Assembly: GCA_018400815.1 (NCBI GenBank)
Contig: JAGYLS010000049.1
Span: 1-12,969 of the forward strand
Source of the DNA: Candidatus Oleincola secundus
Lineage (GTDB): Bacteria; Atribacterota; Phoenicimicrobiia; Phoenicimicrobiales; Stramentimicrobiaceae
DNA length: 12,969 nt
Direction: 5' to 3'
This document shows, piece after piece, positions 8,104 through 12,969 of this stretch; position 1 is the first letter of the stretch; every line of letters begins with the position of its first letter. The position numbers and the translations under genes are program-made. The notes under the pieces were generated by a model, which saw only the letters and a list, made by a program, of their open reading frames with translations, was not told where the DNA came from and searched no databases.

Positions 8104-8951
8104 TGAAAAAAATTATTATGACTTGTGGCCTTCCTGGTAGCGGAAAATCAACTTGGGCTATAAAAGAAGCAGAGAAGTCTAATGTAAAAAGAATTAATAA
8201 AGATGATCTGAGAGCTATGATTAATAATTCTAAATTTACTAAGGGAAATGAAAAAGATGTTCTTAAAATTAGAAATATACTTATTGAACACTGGCTTGAA
8301 AAAGATCAGACAGTTATTATAGATGATACAAATTTACATCCTAAACATGAAACTTATTTGAAACAGTTAGCTAAAGAGTGGGATTGTGAATTTGAAAAAG
8401 TCTTTTTTAATGTTCCTGTTGAAGAATGTGTGAGAAGAGATTTAAAAAGAGAAAATTCAGTTGGTCAGGATGTTATCTATCGGATGTATGAGCAATATCT
8501 TCTCTCAGAGGTGACGAGGAAGCCCTCAGACTTGCCTTCTTGTATTATCTGTGATATCGATGGTACTTTAGCTAAAAAGAGTGACAGAAGTCCATATGAG
8601 TGGACAAGGGTAGGAGAAGATACTGTACAAATACATACGAAAATGTTACTTGAGGCTTTTGCAGGAATAAAAACAATTATTCTTGTTTCCGGTAGAGATG
8701 GAAGATGTGTGGATATTACTAAATATTGGTTGATGGAAAATAAAATTTCTTATGATGAACTATATATGCGGCCTGTAATGAATAGTGAAAAAGATACAAT
8801 TATAAAATATAATATATTTAAAAATTATATTGAACCAAATTACAAAGTTGATTTTGTTATTGATGATAGACCATCAGTAATTCGAATGTGGAAAAGTATA
8901 GGTTTACCTGTATTTGATGCTAACCAGAATTATTATAAATATGAATTTTAA
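8103..8951 (+). CDS. pseT: polynucleotide 5'-kinase / 3'-phosphatase (T4 PNK/PseT-like)
   Basis: P-loop GLPGSGKST, RINKDDLR, DDTNL, CVRRDLKR. HAD domain DIDGTLA, SGR, MRP, DDR. Confidence 0.93.
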   Translation: MKKIIMTCGLPGSGKSTWAIKEAEKSNVKRINKDDLRAMINNSKFTKGNEKDVLKIRNILIEHWLEKDQTVIIDDTNLHPKHETYLKQLAKEWDCEFEKVFFNVPVEECVRRDLKRENSVGQDVIYRMYEQYLLSEVTRKPSDLPSCIICDIDGTLAKKSDRSPYEWTRVGEDTVQIHTKMLLEAFAGIKTIILVSGRDGRCVDITKYWLMENKISYDELYMRPVMNSEKDTIIKYNIFKNYIEPNYKVDFVIDDRPSVIRMWKSIGLPVFDANQNYYKYEF

Positions 8952-8954
8952 TTA

Positions 8955-8983
8955 TTGACAAAGGATACCTTGTATGCTAGACT
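8955..8983 (+). promoter_or_regulatory. sigma70/sigmaA-type promoter upstream of the RNA ligase
   Basis: Consensus -35 TTGACA (8955-8960), 17-nt spacer, -10 TAGACT (8978-8983) with an extended -10 TG. Lies in the intergenic gap ahead of the AGGAGG SD. Confidence 0.7.
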
Positions 8984-9003
8984 AAGTATACAAGGTATTT
9001 TTT
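8965..9003 (+). terminator. inverted repeat / probable intrinsic terminator overlapping the promoter
   Basis: Perfect 11-bp IR ATACCTTGTAT (8965-8975) / ATACAAGGTAT (8988-8998), extendable inward by G.U, C-G and U-A pairs, followed by a T-run to 9003. Confidence 0.65.
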
Positions 9004-9016
9004 ATAGGAGGATGAA

Positions 9017-10144
9017 ATGTTAGATTTACAAAAATTTATTAGAGAGCACGAAAATTGGAAAGAACTATTAGTAGAGGCCCCATATTATTTAAAGATAAAA
9101 TATAGTGATAATTTTATTCTGTTTAAATATGATCAACTTAATAGTGATTTTTCTATTAAATTAGTTAGGGAAGCTAGAGGTATTATATTAGAAGATCAGA
9201 ATTATGATATTGTATGTAGACCATTTGAAAAGTTTTTTAATATAGAAGAACCTTTAGCTGCAAATATTGATTGGGACAGTTCTAAAATACAGGAGAAAAA
9301 AGACGGTTCAATTATTAAAATTTGGTATTTTCAGGATAAATGGAATATTTCTACTAATGGAATAATTTATGCTGAGAATGCTGAATTAGAAAGTTGTTCA
9401 GAATATAAAACGTTTTATGCTTTAGTGTTAAAAGCATTAAACAAACAGGAGATGTATACTTGGGAAAATATGTTTGATCCAGAATATACGTATCTTTTTG
9501 AATTAACTAGTCCTTACAATAGAGTAGTTGTTCCTTATAAAGATTTTGGATTAACTTTCATTTGTAAAAAACATACCCAGACAGGAGAAGAAGTATATAA
9601 TTTTGAATATGATACTCCTGCTGTAGAAGACTATACTAATCAGTTTAAATCTATTAAGGAAGTATATGAAAATACTCAAAGCTTAGATGAATTTCATGAA
9701 GGGTATGTTATAGTAGATAAATATTATAATAGAGTGAAAATAAAGTCTCCTACATATTTACAATTAGCTTATCTCAAAGGTGAAAATGGGTTGACACTAA
9801 AGAATGCCATTGATATAATTGAAGGTAACGAAACAGATGAAATACTTGCATATTTTCCAGAATATAAAGCAATGTTTGATAGGATAAAAAATGCTTATAA
9901 TTTGTTACTAAAAGACTTAAATACAGAAAAAATAAAAATAGAACATAAAATTAGTAAAGAAGGTGTTATGCCTCAAAGAGTATTTAAAAAGTATATGGCT
10001 GAATATATAAAAAATAATATAGTATATAAAGATTTTGCATTTAATATTGTTAATAAAAAAATTACAGATAGTAGAGAATATGTACAAAAATTTCCAAAAG
10101 GTAAAAAAGTAAAATTAATAGAAAAATATTTAGGAGGAGAATAA
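9017..10144 (+). CDS. rnlA: RNA ligase 1 (T4 Rnl1/RnlA-like)
   Basis: EARGIIL, CRPFEKFFN, motif I EKKDGSII, TYLFEL.SP.NRVVV, motif IV EGYVI, motif V RVKIKSPTY. Confidence 0.92.
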   Translation: MLDLQKFIREHENWKELLVEAPYYLKIKYSDNFILFKYDQLNSDFSIKLVREARGIILEDQNYDIVCRPFEKFFNIEEPLAANIDWDSSKIQEKKDGSIIKIWYFQDKWNISTNGIIYAENAELESCSEYKTFYALVLKALNKQEMYTWENMFDPEYTYLFELTSPYNRVVVPYKDFGLTFICKKHTQTGEEVYNFEYDTPAVEDYTNQFKSIKEVYENTQSLDEFHEGYVIVDKYYNRVKIKSPTYLQLAYLKGENGLTLKNAIDIIEGNETDEILAYFPEYKAMFDRIKNAYNLLLKDLNTEKIKIEHKISKEGVMPQRVFKKYMAEYIKNNIVYKDFAFNIVNKKITDSREYVQKFPKGKKVKLIEKYLGGE

Positions 10145-10467
10145 TGGAATTAAAAATTAAATCTACAGGGAATGCATTTAGAGGGCATGATACAGAATGG
10201 GAATTTTCTAATGGGCTTATTATCTGGTTTAAAGATCATGAGCCTGTAGAAATGTGGAAAGATTATGGACAATATAATATTACAGGAGTTATTAGAGATA
10301 ATAAAAATACTGCAATAGATAAAGCCGTATCTATTATTAATGAAGATAAATCTGTATGTTCTTATTGTGGTAAAATAACAGATGAAGTAAAACATACTAA
10401 TTTTGGAGGATATATGTGTGAAGATTGTATAAAATCCTTCGGGAGAGAATATGAAAAAAATACTTGA
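10144..10467 (+). CDS. hypothetical protein with C-terminal CxxC..CxxC zinc-binding motif
   Basis: AGGAGG SD, TAATG coupling; CSYC and CEDC. Confidence 0.7.
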   Translation: MELKIKSTGNAFRGHDTEWEFSNGLIIWFKDHEPVEMWKDYGQYNITGVIRDNKNTAIDKAVSIINEDKSVCSYCGKITDEVKHTNFGGYMCEDCIKSFGREYEKNT

Positions 10468-10825
10468 TTGGTTAAAAGAATATGGCACTCTTCTACTTAC
10501 TATTTTAGGGATTGTATTCTTTATTGTTGTAACTTATATTACAATAGATTCTTTTGGAACTTCTAGAGTAGTAGAAAAATTAAAGGAAAGAAAAACTTTA
10601 AAAACAAAAGGCTATAAAAGAAAAGATGATACTATAAGTAAAAATAATGTTGAGGTAAAAATTCCTGAAAGCCACTCATCAGATACTGTTGAAGCTGTAG
10701 GAGATAATAAAGAAAAGCAGGGTGAAACAACAACAGGTCATGAAACAGTAGATAGAAAAAATACAGAGCCTATAGAAAACTCTGCATATGATACACTAAG
10801 GGGGAAAAATGAAAAAGATTCTTAG
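10451..10825 (+). CDS. single-pass membrane protein (N-terminal anchor)
   Basis: Hydrophobic TLLLTILGIVFFIVVTYITI followed by a charged hydrophilic domain. Confidence 0.7.
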   Translation: MKKILDWLKEYGTLLLTILGIVFFIVVTYITIDSFGTSRVVEKLKERKTLKTKGYKRKDDTISKNNVEVKIPESHSSDTVEAVGDNKEKQGETTTGHETVDRKNTEPIENSAYDTLRGKNEKDS

Positions 10826-11213
10826 TATACTTTTATTAACTTTTATTTTCATATCTCCTTTATGGGGGTATGAAAAATTAACAGAAGATGAAGCTGAACA
10901 ATGGTTACAGAGTATAGAATATTCTACATTACTTGATTTCATTATTGATTATGATTATGTAGAACATAGTAAACCTGAAATAGATTTTCCAAATAAAAAT
11001 TATATGCTGATAGATTCTGATCTTGTTATTACACCTACAGAGGATATGAATATTTCCATAGGGCATTTACAATATAGTGTAGAACAAAAGCAGGAAATTA
11101 TATATGATTTTTATGAAGTGGGAGATAAAACATTAGGGAAGACAATTTTAGTTTCTGCAGGATTTGTTCTAGGTGCTTTTACAGGAATTGGAATTTATAT
11201 TTTATTTTTTTAA
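10809..11213 (+). CDS. exported protein with signal peptide and C-terminal transmembrane anchor
   Basis: MKKILSILLLTFIFISPLWG signal-like N-terminus; Gly-rich hydrophobic C-terminus ILVSAGFVLGAFTGIGIYILFF. Confidence 0.7.
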   Translation: MKKILSILLLTFIFISPLWGYEKLTEDEAEQWLQSIEYSTLLDFIIDYDYVEHSKPEIDFPNKNYMLIDSDLVITPTEDMNISIGHLQYSVEQKQEIIYDFYEVGDKTLGKTILVSAGFVLGAFTGIGIYILFF

Positions 11214-11222
11214 GGAGACTTT

Positions 11223-11384
11223 ATGAGACTTGATGAAGAAATTTTAGAAGATATTTATGAAGAAGATTGGCTTGATACAGAAATACTCTTAGATGATACC
11301 TCTATACTAGATAAAGATGAAGAGGTATTGGAAAAATACAAGGATTTAAAATTATTTGAAGACAGTATACTAGAAAATGATTAA
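11223..11384 (+). CDS. small, highly acidic protein (53 aa), not in the ORF track
   Basis: TAAGGAG SD at 11211-11217, ATG 11223, open to TAA 11382-11384: MRLDEEILEDIYEEDWLDTEILLDDTSILDKDEEVLEKYKDLKLFEDSILEND. It fills the gap between the convergent modules. Confidence 0.75.
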   Translation: MRLDEEILEDIYEEDWLDTEILLDDTSILDKDEEVLEKYKDLKLFEDSILEND

Positions 11385-11701
11385 TCATATATTCTATCTA
11401 ATACTCTCACTGTAGAAGATTCAAGAATATATTCATCTGTTCCTGTAATCCATTTTATTTCATAATAATAATTTCCTGGATCAATAGCTGTATCAGAAGG
11501 AGATAAAGTAAAAATAGCTTTACCACTATCTCCTTCTGTTAATACATCTGCTGAAGAAGATAAAAGTGCTTCTTCATCAGTATCAGTTTTATAGCTTTTT
11601 AAAGTAAATAAAACATCATCATTAGTTATATTAGGATTTGTGCTATCTACAGTTATAGTGAGTGAAAATATTTTTGTTGTTTTTTCATAAAAATTAGTCA
11701 T
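11381..11701 (-). CDS. BppU-like (Ig-like) virion/baseplate-associated protein
   Basis: Start revised to ATG 11701 (GGAG SD; overlaps the upstream gene end). VLFTLK..GKAIFTLSPSDTAIDPGNYYYEIKW resembles BppU N-terminal-like domains. Confidence 0.55.
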   Translation of the reverse strand: MTNFYEKTTKIFSLTITVDSTNPNITNDDVLFTLKSYKTDTDEEALLSSSADVLTEGDSGKAIFTLSPSDTAIDPGNYYYEIKWITGTDEYILESSTVRVLDRIYD

Positions 11702-11897
11702 AATTATACTCTCCAAATAATGTAGGGATACCAAACCCTATTTGTACATCGTCTCTAGTGGGAATGTCAAAAGTATATGCTGAGTCTTCCCCAAAAGTGT
11801 AAGGCATAAATGCAGAAATACGAGTAAGGGATGTAAATGTACCACTAGATATAGTTTGTTCGGTTAATACAATACTTACTTCTTGAGAAACAGACAT
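11694..11897 (-). CDS. hypothetical protein
   Basis: 67-aa ORF with AGGAG SD, overlapping the start of the downstream gene. Confidence 0.65.
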   Translation of the reverse strand: MSVSQEVSIVLTEQTISSGTFTSLTRISAFMPYTFGEDSAYTFDIPTRDDVQIGFGIPTLFGEYNYD

Positions 11898-11907
11898 ATA
11901 CTACTCC

Positions 11908-12237
11908 TTAATTTTTAAAGAAATCTTTCAATTTAAGAATAATTGAAATAATTTTTCTCCAACCTAATTTACCTGCACCATATTCAGTAAAATAAATTGC
12001 AATCCAACCTGCAACCCCCTCTACTATTCCATAACTAGAATAAAGGGTCATAACAGCTGCAGCAATAAAAGAAAGGATTACTCCAAAAAGATTTAGGTAA
12101 GAAAATTCATAACCAAACCATTTTATCTTATCTTTCAAACTCCACTGCGGTACTTTATCATCTATCTGTTTTAATGTTTCAATCAGTAAAGCTATAGTAG
12201 CTACTGAACCTGTATAATATGCAATTAACTGTTCCAT
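11908..12237 (-). CDS. holin-like small membrane protein
   Basis: AAGGAG SD; 109 aa with 2-3 hydrophobic segments and a basic amphipathic C-terminus. The holin role is inferred from topology and context only. Confidence 0.5.
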   Translation of the reverse strand: MEQLIAYYTGSVATIALLIETLKQIDDKVPQWSLKDKIKWFGYEFSYLNLFGVILSFIAAAVMTLYSSYGIVEGVAGWIAIYFTEYGAGKLGWRKIISIILKLKDFFKN

Positions 12238-12323
12238 TATATCTCTCCTTTATAATTAATATTGAATTAAAGCCTAAATTATAAAATTATCTTTATATAT
12301 TGTTGCGGAACGAAAGGTCACTT

Positions 12324-12530
12324 CTAAACCATTGTTATTGTTCCTGCATTATCTATCAAACAACTGTGCTCATTTAACTCAACTGTAGTAGACCAAGGGA
12401 ATGTAGGTTGATATGGATAAACTACTGTAGGTTCTTTATTTCCAAATAATTTATCCAATTTCTGATAAAGTTCCTCAGCTTCTTCCCATGTATATTCTAC
12501 ACCATTAATTGTAAGTTTTATGTCATCCAT
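12324..12530 (-). CDS. hypothetical phage protein
   Basis: GAGGAG SD inside the end of the RT-like ORF; 68 aa with a Pro/Tyr-rich segment. Confidence 0.65.
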   Translation of the reverse strand: MDDIKLTINGVEYTWEEAEELYQKLDKLFGNKEPTVVYPYQPTFPWSTTVELNEHSCLIDNAGTITMV

Positions 12531-12533
12531 AAT

Positions 12534-12968
12534 TTACTCCTCTTTTTCCACATATATTATTTTATTATTTAAATATCTTATATAAGAATATCTATACACT
12601 AAGTTTTGAATAAAATTATAATTATTCCCATGTTTAGAATGTCCTAACCAACTGTTTAACATTTGCTCTGCTTTATGTATTGTCATTTTACCAGATGCAA
12701 TTAATTCAGGCATCTTTTTTATTTTTCTTTTTATTTTCTTCTTACTTTGATTTCTTAATAATTTATGAGTTGGGTATGTTTTAAATCCCACAAAATTTAA
12801 TCCTTGAGAAAGAGGAAATATCTTTGTTTTCTTTTTATTTAAAATTAACAAAAGTTTATTTATTAAGTATTTTTTACATTTTAATAAGATTTCTTTAGCT
12901 TTTTCTTTATTTTCCAGTATTTCTTCATTTGCAAGATCTTTAAAGTGTTTCTTCCAAGTTGCAGGAGT
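12534..12968 (-). CDS. DGR-type reverse transcriptase C-terminal region (post-YxDD palm, motif 7, thumb), 5'-partial; appears fused or truncated
   Basis: The frame stays open to the window edge: TPATWKKHFKDLANEEILENKEKAKEILLKCKKYLINKLLLILNKKKTKIFPLSQGLNFVGFKTYPTHKLLR...NSWLGHSKHGN. L.LN..KT.I, G..F.GF, LLR and SWLGH are characteristic of DGR RTs. RT likeness begins at about 12920. Confidence 0.8.
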   Translation of the reverse strand, partial: TPATWKKHFKDLANEEILENKEKAKEILLKCKKYLINKLLLILNKKKTKIFPLSQGLNFVGFKTYPTHKLLRNQSKKKIKRKIKKMPELIASGKMTIHKAEQMLNSWLGHSKHGNNYNFIQNLVYRYSYIRYLNNKIIYVEKEE

Positions 12969-12969
12969 C

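Noticed and set aside
10150..10488. 112-aa minus-strand ORF
   Set aside because: Antisense shadow of the 10144-10467 gene, which has a strong SD and coupling.
12249..12285. AT-only inverted repeat and TATAAT upstream of the holin-like gene
   Set aside because: Expected by chance at this AT content; no -35 element at a suitable spacing.
12534..12969. Group II intron or retron assignment for the RT fragment
   Set aside because: No maturase/endonuclease extension, and no domain V/VI RNA structure after the stop (the next gene starts 3 nt later). The short thumb ending in SWLGH fits DGR RTs better.
1..12969. CRISPR array, tRNA genes, IS elements, alternative genetic code
   Set aside because: No regularly spaced repeats, cloverleafs or transposase motifs were seen. 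ORFs tile densely under the standard code.

Overview
AT-rich, densely packed bacteriophage (or prophage) DNA with strong AGGAG ribosome-binding sites and many overlapping start/stop codons. Positions 14-11384 are a + strand DNA/nucleotide-metabolism module: a YopX-like protein, the C-terminal half of a Rad50/SbcC-like ATPase, an HTH protein, a DUF5664 dATP/dGTP diphosphohydrolase, a MazG-like protein, a SLOG/DUF2493-like protein, a class II (B12-dependent) ribonucleotide reductase, two metallophosphoesterases, a DUF4406-like protein, a T4-type polynucleotide kinase/phosphatase, a T4 Rnl1-type RNA ligase, two membrane proteins, and a very acidic 53-aa ORF missing from the ORF track. The nrdJ gene is interrupted inside its catalytic Cys codon by a 247-nt group I intron (4714-4960) with no homing endonuclease ORF. 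Positions 11381-12969 are the convergent - strand end of a probable structural/lysis module (BppU-like protein, holin-like protein). This module also holds the C-terminal part of a DGR-type reverse transcriptase. Unrelated in-frame sequence sits where its YxDD motif should be, which suggests a deleted or fused diversity-generating retroelement. All family calls are motif recognition by eye, not database searches.
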